A DNA stretch of 56,342 bases, the filler included, from Bradymonadales bacterium (GTDB taxonomy: Bacteria > Bdellovibrionota > UBA2394): NCBI GenBank assembly GCA_007693605.1. It is 4 parts of 4 records of this genome, joined end to end, with 100 filler letters (N's around TTAATTAATTAA, not from the genome) between each part and the next. Parts side by side here need not be neighbours in the genome. Positions count along the whole stretch, not along the records: positions 29,277 to 43,054 come from REDG01000016.1; 3 more parts are not named here. One strand, given 5' to 3'. Of this stretch, positions 30,413 to 39,933 are shown one piece after another. The stretch's first letter is position 1; the number at the start of each line of letters is the position of its first letter. A program made the translations under genes and the position numbers. The notes beneath the pieces were generated by a model. That model was not told the DNA's origin and ran no database searches. It was given only the letters and a program-made list of their open reading frames with translations.

Positions 30413-33396
30413 TTGGATGCCTCCAACTGGAGTTTATATCTTCGATAAACAAAGTTCATCCCCAACATCAAGACTCCCACACCGATAAAGACCAAGCCTC
30501 GTGTGAAAAAGTCTGTTTTTGAAAGATCATAAAAGACTAATCTTAGCATGCAAAGCCCAACCGCGACGAAACCCACACTCAAAAAGTTAGTCACCCGCAA
30601 TTGAGTGCCTAAAACGAAGACCATAAAACAGAGGCCCACCCAAGCAAGAGTGAGAACCGCGGAGTCAAGGCGCCAGAACAAGAACAAGGCTGCCGTAAAA
30701 AAAACGGGGTAGAAGAGAAGTTCGATCGGTCTCTTCTCTAACGCGGCCTTTATAGGCAAGAGCAGTTGACTGATCCCTTCTAGTTTTATGCCTCTCAGCT
30801 CAAGTTTTGAATGGTGGAGGTAGAGGTACAAACCAATCAAGGCATAGCTGACGAGCCCGATAAACCAAGGCTGAAGATGCCATTGCAGAAGAGGGGATTC
30901 GATTGCGCTTGTGATCGCTACGAGATGAATCGCCGAAGCCCACATAAAAAGCACCGAATACAATCTAAGCCGAGAGACAAAGTCAAACCAGAAGCCCAGG
31001 CGGAGACAGGCGAAGGCAATGCCCACCCAAAAGATAGGATGGTACAAGCGATAAACCTCCACAAAAACCGTGCTTACCAAAAGCAGAAGGCTCGCCTCCA
31101 AAACCAGGGGCTGAAAAATAACTCCCAAACCTCGGTCTGTCAGAGTTCGTCGATCTTTTAGATTAAAGTACCAAAAAATCAGCGCACCCATGCCCGCCAG
31201 CTCAACAATGAATCGAGCCTTCACAATGCCCACAAGGAGCTCAGATTGGATCGTCTGAAAGAAGTAGAATGTAAAGAATAGAATGAAGTAAGCAAAACCA
31301 ATATGACATAGGTGAATCGTCCAGTGCCGATGCTCACTCTTATCAAAGATGCGCACAAGCTCACTCATCAAAGGGGTTAAGAGAACCAAAACCAGTGGGA
31401 TCACGATCGTCATGATGGGTTGAAAAATGAAAAACAATGAAAGTGCTAGATGAGCGGCGGTCAGATACATAGAAGGCCATCTGACTTTCTCGTTCTTAAA
31501 CTCATAGGCCGGGAAGAAGCACGTCAAAAGACCTACAAACAGCAAGGGAGCCGCCAGTTTTAACTGATCTAACCAGAGCCCCGGATGGCTCTCTCCCATT
31601 TGAAACCAACTCACTCCAAACAATAGGGCCAAGCCAAAAAAACTGCCCAGGCCCAATCCTCTCGCCCGAACAACAAAGGCTACCATATAGAGCAACAGAA
31701 AGAGGCTGACAAAAACTCCCACTGCCCACTCGTACTCTCGAAAGCCAAAGAAGGCAGAGGCGGGAATCAGTGGTAAAAGAACTCCCGTCAGGCTGGCTTT
31801 TAGATTCTTCATCTTTGAGAAGAAGGCGCTCGTTGATTCAGAGTCTTCGGCAAATCGTTTGATCGTCCACAAATGGAGTAGAAGCCCCGCGAAAAAAATG
31901 ATCGGGGCGGTCATCACTTTCTCTAAGACCGCCGACGCCTCAGGATTGAAACTGCGTGCGAAAAAAGTTCCACAAAACAGCAGAATTGAAACTTGCGACA
32001 ATGCGAGGCTGACTTTGTGAATCAACCTTTCCCCCTCAGCCTGGTGGATGACGGCGAACAAATAACTCGTTAAAAAAATCAAACCAACGCGAATGCTCCA
32101 GTCCAAATCCAATTTCCCCAAACTGATCAGGGCCAGAATCAGGAGAGCTTGAGACAAAAGGGTGTCACAACGGTAGACCCAAAGAATCCCCCTTCTGCGA
32201 CCCTCGCGGGCAAGCAAAAAGGCTGCGAATGCTGCTGCAAAGAGCGAAACAAACAGAAACTGCCCGAGAATGCTCACAAAGGACAAGGAAACCCCCACCA
32301 TCAACCAGTTGGAAATGTGGACCACAAGAGCCCATCGATCGCCCTCCAAATTTCGATAGTCTCTTTTGTAGTGGATCAGGGCGGCAGTCAGACCAACCGA
32401 AAGCACGCCCAAGACATAGATCAACTTATCTTCAAAAAGCAGCGCTTGGGGGTCTTGATTAAACCACCAAAACAAAGAAAACAAAAAGAAGCCTGAAATC
32501 GTTGCAAAAAGGTGCTTCTCCCAAACATTTCGAACACTAAAAGCAAGCCCCCCAACGGCAACGATTGCCCCAATCAGATAGGTGACACTATCATGAACAA
32601 TTGCCAATGGAATCAAACTCAAAACAACATGCAAAGAAGCAAAACTTTGCGCGCCGGCAAGATAAGCCATCATGAAATTTGAGACAATCCCAAGACTTAA
32701 AAGGGCTACAGCGAAGTCGAAACGATCAATAAACTGAAGACCGGGAATGGCGCTAGCACCGAAGCAGGCCAACAAAAACACGGCGGCTCCTGCGCTTCCG
32801 AGCCAATGGGCCAATGGACGATAGGCCTCTTTTCGATGAAGAGCGAAATCCAGCACCCAGAACAAGACAGAAACTGCCACGAGCATTCCAAAACGAACCG
32901 CTGCATCATACTTAAAGGCCGCATAGGCAAACAGAAAGGTTAAACCAACGACTACGGCTATCGCTCCAAATATCCCCGTAAGACTTTCGCCGAAGAGCTC
33001 CTGCAATCTTCCCAATCTGGCCTTGGTGCTTGCGTGTAGCCGCACAGTCTTTGCCGACCGACGAAGGGGGCCTCTGGGCGAACCAGCCCCCACAGCTCTA
33101 TTCTTCGTTTCGGGGGGCTTATTGGCAGTTGCACTTAACGAAGCGGCTCTTGAAGCCTCAACATGACCCGAGCTGGTTTTTGTGCCGAAGTCTACTTTGG
33201 GAGCTTCCGGGGCCTTTGGTGTTGGAGCTGTCATCTTGCCAGCATTCGGAGCCCAATCCCCTTTTCTGCTCAAGCCAGATTCCATAAGATCGAGCCGCTT
33301 CTTTAAGCGTCGCACTCGAAGCCAGAGAACCAAAATGAGGAACGGGGAAACAAAAATGCTCGCCACGGCGCATGCCATCAAGAAATAAAAGCCCAT
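30409..33396 (-). CDS. DUF2339-like multi-pass membrane protein
   Basis: More than 20 TM segments, disordered N-terminal linker, C-terminal RLVFYDL...R.LVFIGVGVL. Confidence 0.8.
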   Translation of the reverse strand: MGFYFLMACAVASIFVSPFLILVLWLRVRRLKKRLDLMESGLSRKGDWAPNAGKMTAPTPKAPEAPKVDFGTKTSSGHVEASRAASLSATANKPPETKNRAVGAGSPRGPLRRSAKTVRLHASTKARLGRLQELFGESLTGIFGAIAVVVGLTFLFAYAAFKYDAAVRFGMLVAVSVLFWVLDFALHRKEAYRPLAHWLGSAGAAVFLLACFGASAIPGLQFIDRFDFAVALLSLGIVSNFMMAYLAGAQSFASLHVVLSLIPLAIVHDSVTYLIGAIVAVGGLAFSVRNVWEKHLFATISGFFLFSLFWWFNQDPQALLFEDKLIYVLGVLSVGLTAALIHYKRDYRNLEGDRWALVVHISNWLMVGVSLSFVSILGQFLFVSLFAAAFAAFLLAREGRRRGILWVYRCDTLLSQALLILALISLGKLDLDWSIRVGLIFLTSYLFAVIHQAEGERLIHKVSLALSQVSILLFCGTFFARSFNPEASAVLEKVMTAPIIFFAGLLLHLWTIKRFAEDSESTSAFFSKMKNLKASLTGVLLPLIPASAFFGFREYEWAVGVFVSLFLLLYMVAFVVRARGLGLGSFFGLALLFGVSWFQMGESHPGLWLDQLKLAAPLLFVGLLTCFFPAYEFKNEKVRWPSMYLTAAHLALSLFFIFQPIMTIVIPLVLVLLTPLMSELVRIFDKSEHRHWTIHLCHIGFAYFILFFTFYFFQTIQSELLVGIVKARFIVELAGMGALIFWYFNLKDRRTLTDRGLGVIFQPLVLEASLLLLVSTVFVEVYRLYHPIFWVGIAFACLRLGFWFDFVSRLRLYSVLFMWASAIHLVAITSAIESPLLQWHLQPWFIGLVSYALIGLYLYLHHSKLELRGIKLEGISQLLLPIKAALEKRPIELLFYPVFFTAALFLFWRLDSAVLTLAWVGLCFMVFVLGTQLRVTNFLSVGFVAVGLCMLRLVFYDLSKTDFFTRGLVFIGVGVLMLGMNFVYRRYKLQLEASK

Positions 33397-33499
33397 CGGT
33401 CGATGCTCTCACACCAAGTTCTCGAAAGAAAAGCTAAACTTCGGTCGCTTTGGGCCGACTCGATCGAGAGAATGTCCCTGACCAATCTGTATGTGCGGT

Positions 33500-33520
33500 T
33501 GAGTGCTCAGTTGGCGGAAT
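33500..33520 (+). repeat. Direct repeat of the tRNA-Leu 5' end (att-like)
   Basis: TGAGTGCTCAGTTGGCGGAAT, identical at 36553-36573 and 36685-36705. Confidence 0.88.
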
Positions 33521-33537
33521 GGTTTTAGAGAACCCCC

Positions 33538-34827
33538 TCAATCCAGACTCCTTAGACTACTTCGAAGCCCAGAAATGATAACCCCAATCAGATCACCCGA
33601 AACTGCAGAGGGGTAGCTTTGGAAAGATTTTTCCAATGACTTCGCCTTCTCACTGACTTCTTGGAGCATCTCTTCAAAAGCTTCTTTAGAAACATCAGAC
33701 GCCTTGGCGGATTCATACCAATGGCGGTTTTGAATTTCCGACAATCGGTAGTGCCTGGGAGACCCGACTCCCATAGCGAGTTTTGCTTCTTTTTTTTCGA
33801 TCTGGCGGGCCTGAAGAGCAGGGTGGAGGCTTAAGATGTCGTACAAAGGTGTTAGGCGAAAGCCTGACTTTGAAGGGAAAACACTGAAATTTTTCGCATG
33901 CCCATCTGTTCCGGCAAGCAAATAGAATAGGATCTGAGCTTTGAAAAAAGTAGCTCTATCTCTGTCCCTATAGTCAGAACTGTTTAAAAAATCCATGATC
34001 TGCTTGATCCCGACCCCGCCTCGATTTTCATACTTCTTTGTATAGGGAATGCCTAGGGCTTGGCAGAGATCTTCTTGAGGAAGTCTTGTCAGACGGGAGC
34101 CAATCCACTTTCTATCAAATCTTTCAACGACCAAACATCGAATGTCTTTGAAGTCCAAAACTTGCGACTGGGGCACCTCAAAACCAAAGTGTTTCGCAAT
34201 TTGAAGACATACCCACTCATTCTCTGCGCTCATGGTCATATCAATTCGATTCGGCAATATGCCCAAGCGAGGCTTCAAGATATGTGTTGAGGGTGTAACT
34301 CCCAAGGGACGACACCATCGATTATTCAAATAAAGAAGAGCGGTCTTTTCTTGAGCTCCTGCGATAGAAATTCGAAACTCATCACTCTCATTCATACCCA
34401 GGGGGGAGATCGAGAGATTCGAAAGAATTCTATGAATCTCCTCTTCATCAAGTGTCTTGAACTTAAGGCCTTCGGCCTTTGGAATCTCTTCATCTTTGGG
34501 GATAAACTGCAATGCCCCGACACAATCTCTTCCCATCAGGCTTAGAAGCTCGACAGGATCGGTGCTGTTTGCTTGAAACTTCTGCGCGAGTCTTTCGAGG
34601 ATGACTTCATTGTCAGGAAGTAGATTGCCAAAAAAAGAGCTGACAATGGCTCCCGTATAAGGCGCGTCCTTAATGGGCATGCTCAGCGATATTGGCAATG
34701 ACTTTCCGGCGATCCAGGCAGGCGTGTACTCAAAGCTCAATCTTCCTGAGCTCCCACGAACTAAAGTGCCGACCCTCTCGCCATTAAGAAGAACACTCAA
34801 ATGAATGCTGAGGGATCGCTTCGCCAT
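33538..34827 (-). CDS. hipA: HipA Ser/Thr kinase toxin
   Basis: LPISLSMP, NLLPD, GRDCVGAL, SIAGAQEK, ERFDR, DGHAKNFS, LTPLYD. Confidence 0.95.
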   Translation of the reverse strand: MAKRSLSIHLSVLLNGERVGTLVRGSSGRLSFEYTPAWIAGKSLPISLSMPIKDAPYTGAIVSSFFGNLLPDNEVILERLAQKFQANSTDPVELLSLMGRDCVGALQFIPKDEEIPKAEGLKFKTLDEEEIHRILSNLSISPLGMNESDEFRISIAGAQEKTALLYLNNRWCRPLGVTPSTHILKPRLGILPNRIDMTMSAENEWVCLQIAKHFGFEVPQSQVLDFKDIRCLVVERFDRKWIGSRLTRLPQEDLCQALGIPYTKKYENRGGVGIKQIMDFLNSSDYRDRDRATFFKAQILFYLLAGTDGHAKNFSVFPSKSGFRLTPLYDILSLHPALQARQIEKKEAKLAMGVGSPRHYRLSEIQNRHWYESAKASDVSKEAFEEMLQEVSEKAKSLEKSFQSYPSAVSGDLIGVIISGLRSSLRSLD

Positions 34828-35078
34828 TAGGTTTCTGGATTGCCTTTCGTTCTGGAGCGAATCACTAACTCAAGATCTAAGCCCGCCAAGAGTTTAAACA
34901 TTGTGGCCAGACGCGTTTTTTCGGCACCCCCTTCCACTTGAGAAATCGTGGGTTGTTTTACGCCTGATCTCTTGCTGAGCTCAACCTGCGGCCATTTCTG
35001 CTCGCTTCGAAATCGCTGAATGGCGGCGCCAAGTTGCTTCGCATTTCTAATAATGACTTTGGTTTTAGTCGGCTTCAT
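34827..35078 (-). CDS. hipB: HipB Xre-HTH antitoxin
   Basis: HTH QVELS..SGVKQPTISQVE; coupled to hipA. Confidence 0.9.
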   Translation of the reverse strand: MKPTKTKVIIRNAKQLGAAIQRFRSEQKWPQVELSKRSGVKQPTISQVEGGAEKTRLATMFKLLAGLDLELVIRSRTKGNPET

Positions 35079-35081
35079 ATC

Positions 35082-35153
35082 TATCCTTTACTGGGAATAA
35101 ATTGATTTTATCCTTTAATGGGTATAATTGCAACTTATCCCCTATTCGGCATA
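35082..35153 (-). promoter_or_regulatory. hipBA promoter with three HipB-type operators
   Basis: TATCC-N8-GnATA 18-mers at 35082, 35109, 35136 (27-bp period); minus-strand TTGCAA-N17-TAAAAT at 35105-35133. Confidence 0.8.
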
Positions 35154-35409
35154 GTCACAGCAAGAAAATGGGATAATTACAGCTCGTTACAAAACAATCT
35201 CCAGCAACTGCCCACTCCCGAAGGTCCGTCCAATGGGGCGCACAAACCGAGACGCGATACAGGCCCTCACTTACCAAGCCACCCCGTACTCAGGTACAGG
35301 CATGTTGCAGGATATCCTCATGAGACAAGGCAGCCCCACCTATGGGAGCTTGAGTCTCATCGAAATATTTGCGGGCCTTAGAATGACTAAGAAAAGTCGG
35401 CTCTCTGCT

Positions 35410-35425
35410 TGGCAAGGAGCTTGCA
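35410..35425 (+). promoter_or_regulatory. sigma54 promoter
   Basis: TGGCAAGGAGCTTGCA, 60 bp upstream of the 35485 start. Confidence 0.6.
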
Positions 35426-35484
35426 ATTTCATGAGGGTGGCCGTATGAGAGTGACGGGACTAACCTTAACTGTGGAGAACCGAT

Positions 35485-36282
35485 ATGAAAGCATTTACTG
35501 GAATCATTTCAACAGGCCTACTAAGCCTAACTTTTGCAACTCAAATCTTTGCTGAGGACGAAATCTTTGCTGAGGACGAAATCCTTGCTAAGGACAGTGA
35601 CCTTGCTGTGCTCCTTAAAATTTTGGGAAGGGAGAATATAAATCGCCTTAAGCGACCAGAGCCCCTCATTAGTGAGCTTAGTGAGCTTGCAGAAGAGTTG
35701 AGGAGAACAGGGTATGCCATGCATAGGTATGAATGGCGTGAAGATTCATACTCTGTTAGATTTCTTCAGGCCCCTCGGATACCATGGCAGGTAGAGGAAG
35801 TGTTGAAACGAGATCGAGCAGGACTCCTAAAGCGTCTACCAGATTCGCCTGAAGTTGTTGCCTTCCGCTGGGTTGCCCGTAGGATGTGGTCTACCAAAGA
35901 GGGCTTGTCAGCTGATCCGGGTGAGCTTTTTTTCAAGAATCTTGAAGCCGCAGTGACGGATCAGACGCTTAATCCAAAGGCAAGAGCGACTGTCGTTAAG
36001 ATCCTTAAGGAACTTTTCCCGGAAGAGGTAGAGGAATCTGGCTTCAGGGGAGTCATCGCACCTACAGAGGACGGCATGCTCGATGTTTCCGAAGCCGTAA
36101 TTGAATTGATTGAAGGCGCCTCTGCGGGAAACATTGTGAATGTGACCGTCATCCATAAACATGGAAGTTCACAGGATAAACATGGAAGTTCACAGACTGC
36201 GACTTTTGTGGTCGGCCCCAAATCCAACACAGGGGAAGCAGACGATTTTTACGACCCCGCGCCAAAGAAACAACAGAGATAG
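35485..36282 (+). CDS. Hypothetical secreted protein with short internal duplications
   Basis: Signal peptide; IFAEDE x2 and KHGSSQ x2; SD GGAG. Confidence 0.75.
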   Translation: MKAFTGIISTGLLSLTFATQIFAEDEIFAEDEILAKDSDLAVLLKILGRENINRLKRPEPLISELSELAEELRRTGYAMHRYEWREDSYSVRFLQAPRIPWQVEEVLKRDRAGLLKRLPDSPEVVAFRWVARRMWSTKEGLSADPGELFFKNLEAAVTDQTLNPKARATVVKILKELFPEEVEESGFRGVIAPTEDGMLDVSEAVIELIEGASAGNIVNVTVIHKHGSSQDKHGSSQTATFVVGPKSNTGEADDFYDPAPKKQQR

Positions 36283-36320
36283 AGACCGCTCGCTGCCTCA
36301 GTTGCAGGTCAAAGATTGCA

Positions 36321-36357
36321 AAGAGAGGGCCTAGCCAAGCTAAGCCCTCTCTTTTTT
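36321..36357 (+). terminator. Intrinsic terminator
   Basis: AAGAGAGGGCCTAGC-CAA-GCTAAGCCCTCTCTTTTTT. Confidence 0.75.
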
Positions 36358-36369
36358 GCAAAAGAAAAA

Positions 36370-36398
36370 GGGTCGGGAGACGGAAGTGCCAGACTAGC
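36370..36398. repeat. Dispersed repeat, family A, copy 3 (inverted)
   Basis: GGGTCGGGAGACGGAAGTGCCAGACTAGC. Confidence 0.9.
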
Positions 36399-36438
36399 GC
36401 AGGCTGCCAGAGCAGGTAGGCCTTGGCGGTTCATGGGA

Positions 36439-36707
36439 AATTGCTCGGCCCGATCGAGGGCCGGTTTATTTATCCAGGGGCGTCTACCAATTCCGCCTGG
36501 TCTTTGCGAGTGAGCTGTATTATTCAATCCCCCTGTAGATTCCGCGATCTACTGAGTGCTCAGTTGGCGGAATTGCTCGGCCGGATCGAGGGCCGGTTTA
36601 TTTATCCAGGGGCGTCTACCAATTCCGCCTGGTCTTTGCGAGTGAGCTGTATTATTCAGTTTCCCTGTAGATTCCGCGATCTACTGAGTGCTCAGTTGGC
36701 GGAATTG
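36439..36707 (+). repeat. 2 x 132-bp tandem repeat with sense and antisense tRNA-Leu segments
   Basis: Units start at 36444 and 36576; near identical; the last unit runs into the tRNA. Confidence 0.92.
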
Positions 36708-36774
36708 GTAGACGCGCTAGATTCAGGTTCTAGTGGGGAAACCCGTGGTGGTTCGAGTCCACTACTGAGCACCA
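36690..36774 (+). tRNA. tRNA-Leu(CAG)
   Basis: Acceptor GCTCAGT/ACTGAGC, anticodon arm CTAGA-TTCAGGT-TCTAG, long variable arm, GTTCGA T-loop, encoded CCA. Confidence 0.97.
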
Positions 36775-37035
36775 AATCACTTCCGCAGGTCGCAATAAGC
36801 CCAAATTCGGTAGCCCTGCTCAAGCCTGAGAAGGCCTCAAGATAGCAATTTTAAGCCGATTTGAGCTTTTTACAAAATGTGATAAGCCCAGCCCTAAGAT
36901 GAGGGCTCGGTTGCTGTGGGCATTTCTTTTTTTTCTCCCCTTGGGGCGAGTGAGGGCCGTGGCGGCCGCCAGCACTCTCTTGCAGCTCGGATTCTCTTGC
37001 ACATTTTTGATAAGCCATCTGCCGAAAGGCTTTTA

Positions 37036-38112
37036 GTGAAGAAATCAGCCCAGCCTTCTTCTGAAAAAGCCGATTGGATGCGAAGCTGCCTTGAACTTGC
37101 TGACTCTCCGAAAGATTCTTGCCTGCCCAATCCCCGAGTGGGGGCTTTGATTCTTCATCGCAATAAAGTCATATCAAAGGCTTTTCATGCCGGCCCCGGC
37201 AAGGCTCATGCTGAGGCTTTGGCGATTCAGCGCGCACGAAGTAAGGGCTTTCGTAAGTTTTCTGAAGCCAGTCTTTACATCAACCTGGAGCCCTGTTGTC
37301 ATCTCAACAAACGAACTCCGCCATGCCTACCCCTCGTGCTCGACTGTCAGTTTAAAGAAATTTTCATCGCTCATCCCGACCCCAACCCTCAAGTGGCAGG
37401 TCGTTCGATTCGCGCCCTTCGTCGTTCAGGGGCAAAAGTCGAGGTCGGCCTTCTGAAAGAAGAGGCTGAGGATTTGAATCAAGCCTTCCTGAAAAACCAA
37501 CAGGAAGGCATGCCTTTGGTGAGACTGAAGGCGGCGATGAGTTTTGACGGGCGATGGGCCTGTCCGAACGGAGAGTCCAAGTGGATCAGCGGAGAGAGAA
37601 GCCGAGCGCTCGTCCATCACTGGCGCGCGAAATCGCAGTTTATTGGCATTGGCTACGAGAGCCTAAAAAGAGATGGCTCAAGGCTAAACGCCCGACTGGG
37701 TCGTCGATCGAAGCCAAAGAACATCCTTGTTTTTGGAGGCCCCAAACGGCTTGGCAAAAATCTGCCGGTCATCAAAGCTAACGGAATGGATCGCGTCCAC
37801 CAGATTCCCTCTGGGGTCGACCTTCGCAAGAGCCTCCAAACTCTCTATAAGGAGAAGGGAGTTTGTGAGATTTTCTTAGAAGGCGGGCCCCGACTTGCGA
37901 CCTCTTTTCTGGAGGCGGATCTCGTGGATCATTGGATGATCTTCTATGGTCGCGGTTTAATTGGGGGTTCTGCCCGCTATACGATTGGAGCAGACTGGGC
38001 ATTGAAAAGCCCTCAAGAATCGATTAAGTTTCAGCCGCAACGAGTGGAACTCCTCGGGTCGGATGTCTTCGTTGAAGGAAAACTTCATGTTTACAGGTCT
38101 CGTACAAAGTAA
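37036..38112 (+). CDS. ribD: Riboflavin deaminase/reductase RibD
   Basis: PNPRVGA, HAE, LEPCCH..RTPPC, EGGP; start uncertain (37036 or 37078). Confidence 0.93.
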   Translation: MKKSAQPSSEKADWMRSCLELADSPKDSCLPNPRVGALILHRNKVISKAFHAGPGKAHAEALAIQRARSKGFRKFSEASLYINLEPCCHLNKRTPPCLPLVLDCQFKEIFIAHPDPNPQVAGRSIRALRRSGAKVEVGLLKEEAEDLNQAFLKNQQEGMPLVRLKAAMSFDGRWACPNGESKWISGERSRALVHHWRAKSQFIGIGYESLKRDGSRLNARLGRRSKPKNILVFGGPKRLGKNLPVIKANGMDRVHQIPSGVDLRKSLQTLYKEKGVCEIFLEGGPRLATSFLEADLVDHWMIFYGRGLIGGSARYTIGADWALKSPQESIKFQPQRVELLGSDVFVEGKLHVYRSRTK

Positions 38113-38713
38113 GGGCATTATGCTGCGGTCTGAGCCGCTGGCGCAGGCTAGTCGTTGGCGCATTCGGTCTGAACTCGCCCAGAGAATCAAGGGGGGCGAC
38201 AGCGTCTCCGTCAACGGCGTTTGCCTGACCGCGCTTGAACCCACTCCCTCTGAATTCAGCGTAGAGATCTCGCCAGAGACTCTGCAAAGAAGTTCGTTCT
38301 CTCACCTAAAGCCCAATCAGAGCTTAAATCTTGAGTTGCCCGCCACCCCTCAGAGCTTTTTGGGGGGGCATTGGGTTCAGGGCCATGTCGATGGAGTGGG
38401 CGAGATTCTTCAAGTTGAAAAGCTCGGGGACTTTCATTCGATCGTCATACAGCTGCCGAAGGCTTTGATGATCTGGATGCCCCCGAAGGGAAGTGTCTGC
38501 GTTGATGGAGTAAGCCTGACGGTCAACGAGACTGAGTCAGAGAAAAATCAAATCAGTTTGATGATTATTCCACAGACTTGGCACTCAACCATCTTCTCGG
38601 GCTATTCGATCGGGACCCGGGTGAATATTGAGGCCGACAGTTTTGTGAAGTCCATCCACCATTTTTGGACTGAGCACCTACGCACTCAACCAAATTTAGG
38701 GAGTCGACCATGA
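38087..38713 (+). CDS. ribE: Riboflavin synthase alpha chain
   Basis: MFTGLV, GDSVSVNGVCLT, GGHWVQGHVD. Confidence 0.95.
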   Translation: MFTGLVQSKGIMLRSEPLAQASRWRIRSELAQRIKGGDSVSVNGVCLTALEPTPSEFSVEISPETLQRSSFSHLKPNQSLNLELPATPQSFLGGHWVQGHVDGVGEILQVEKLGDFHSIVIQLPKALMIWMPPKGSVCVDGVSLTVNETESEKNQISLMIIPQTWHSTIFSGYSIGTRVNIEADSFVKSIHHFWTEHLRTQPNLGSRP

Positions 38714-39933
38714 GTTTTGATCCAGTCCCTGAACTTCTTGAAGAGCTGGCGGCGGGTCGAATGATCATTCTTCTCGACGACGAAGATCGAGAGAATGAAG
38801 GAGATTTGGTTTGTGCGGCAGACAAAGTGACCCCAGAGCTCATTAACTTTATGGCGATGCACGGTCGTGGCTTGATTTGCCTAAGCCTTGCGCCAGAAAT
38901 TTGTGACCGACTGAAACTCCCTCTAATGGTGGATCAGAACCGCTCCCCGTTTCGAACAAACTTCACGATAAGCATCGAAGCAAGAGAGGGAGTGACGACG
39001 GGAATTTCAGCCGCCGATCGCGCCAGAACCGTTCAGGCAGCCGTTCAGCCTGATGCAAAACCAGAAGACTTAGTGTCTCCGGGCCATGTGTTTCCTCTTC
39101 GAGCTGAGATGGGAGGCGTTCTGAAGAGGGCCGGACAAACAGAAGGCAGTGTCGATCTTGCCAGTATGGCAGGCCTTCAGGGAGCGGGGGTGATTTGTGA
39201 AATCTTGAAAGAAGACGGCAGCATGGCCCGTCGACCCGAGCTCGAAGTCTTTGCGAAGAAGCATCAACTGAAGATGGGGAGCATCGCGGACCTGATCGCG
39301 TACCGGATGCGTCACGAGTCTTTGGTTCGGCGAGAAGCCAGTGCCGAAATCCCAACCGACTTCGGCAATTTTAAGATGATTGCGTATTCCAATGTACTCG
39401 ATGGCAATCAGCATGTGGCTTTGGTGAAAGGAGAAATATCTGAAGACAAGGCCTGCTTGGTTCGAGTTCACTCTGAGTGCCTCACCGGAGATCTTTTTTC
39501 ATCTCATCGCTGCGATTGTGGGGATCAGTTGTTTGCCGCCATGGCCCAAATTGGGCGGGCGGAATCTGGAGTGCTTCTCTATCTTCGCCAAGAAGGCAGA
39601 GGCATTGGTTTGGTGAATAAGCTTCGAGCTTATCAACTTCAAGACGAGGGACTTGATACAGTGGACGCCAACCACCGCTTGGGTTTTAAAGCGGATTTAA
39701 GAGACTATGGTATTGGCGCTCAAATCTTGAGAGATCTCTCTGTTCGCAAGATGCGTCTTCTCACCAACAACCCCCGAAAGATTGTGGGGCTTGAAGGCTA
39801 CGGAATGGAGCTGGTCGAAAGAGTGGCTCTCGAGATCTCTTCGAAACCCAAGAATCTGCACTATCTCCGCACGAAACGAGACCGATTGGGCCACCTGCTC
39901 AACTTGACTGAAAAGCAGAGACCGTCTTCATGA
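38710..39933 (+). CDS. ribBA: Bifunctional DHBP synthase/GTP cyclohydrolase II
   Basis: DDEDRENEGD, RVHSECLTGD, RCDCG, QEGRGIGL. Confidence 0.97.
   Translation: MSFDPVPELLEELAAGRMIILLDDEDRENEGDLVCAADKVTPELINFMAMHGRGLICLSLAPEICDRLKLPLMVDQNRSPFRTNFTISIEAREGVTTGISAADRARTVQAAVQPDAKPEDLVSPGHVFPLRAEMGGVLKRAGQTEGSVDLASMAGLQGAGVICEILKEDGSMARRPELEVFAKKHQLKMGSIADLIAYRMRHESLVRREASAEIPTDFGNFKMIAYSNVLDGNQHVALVKGEISEDKACLVRVHSECLTGDLFSSHRCDCGDQLFAAMAQIGRAESGVLLYLRQEGRGIGLVNKLRAYQLQDEGLDTVDANHRLGFKADLRDYGIGAQILRDLSVRKMRLLTNNPRKIVGLEGYGMELVERVALEISSKPKNLHYLRTKRDRLGHLLNLTEKQRPSS

Larger units (their letters stand above)
33500..36705. mobile_element. Integrase-less ~3.2-kb islet at the tRNA-Leu 5' end (hipBA plus an orphan gene)
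   Basis: Bounded by 21-bp direct repeats; TA cargo; no recombinase inside. Confidence 0.6.

Noticed and set aside
35233..35448. 71-aa ORF with faint HTH-like tail (GSPTYGSLSLI)
   Set aside because: Similarity too weak, and it overlaps the sigma54 box of the next gene; at most a remnant.
36423..36845. 140-aa repeat ORF
   Set aside because: Overlaps the 132-bp array and tRNA-Leu; no independent coding evidence.
36780..37035. FMN riboswitch upstream of the rib operon
   Set aside because: RFN conserved blocks (AGGGCGGGG, GAAATTCCCGACCG, GGATGGGAG) not found.
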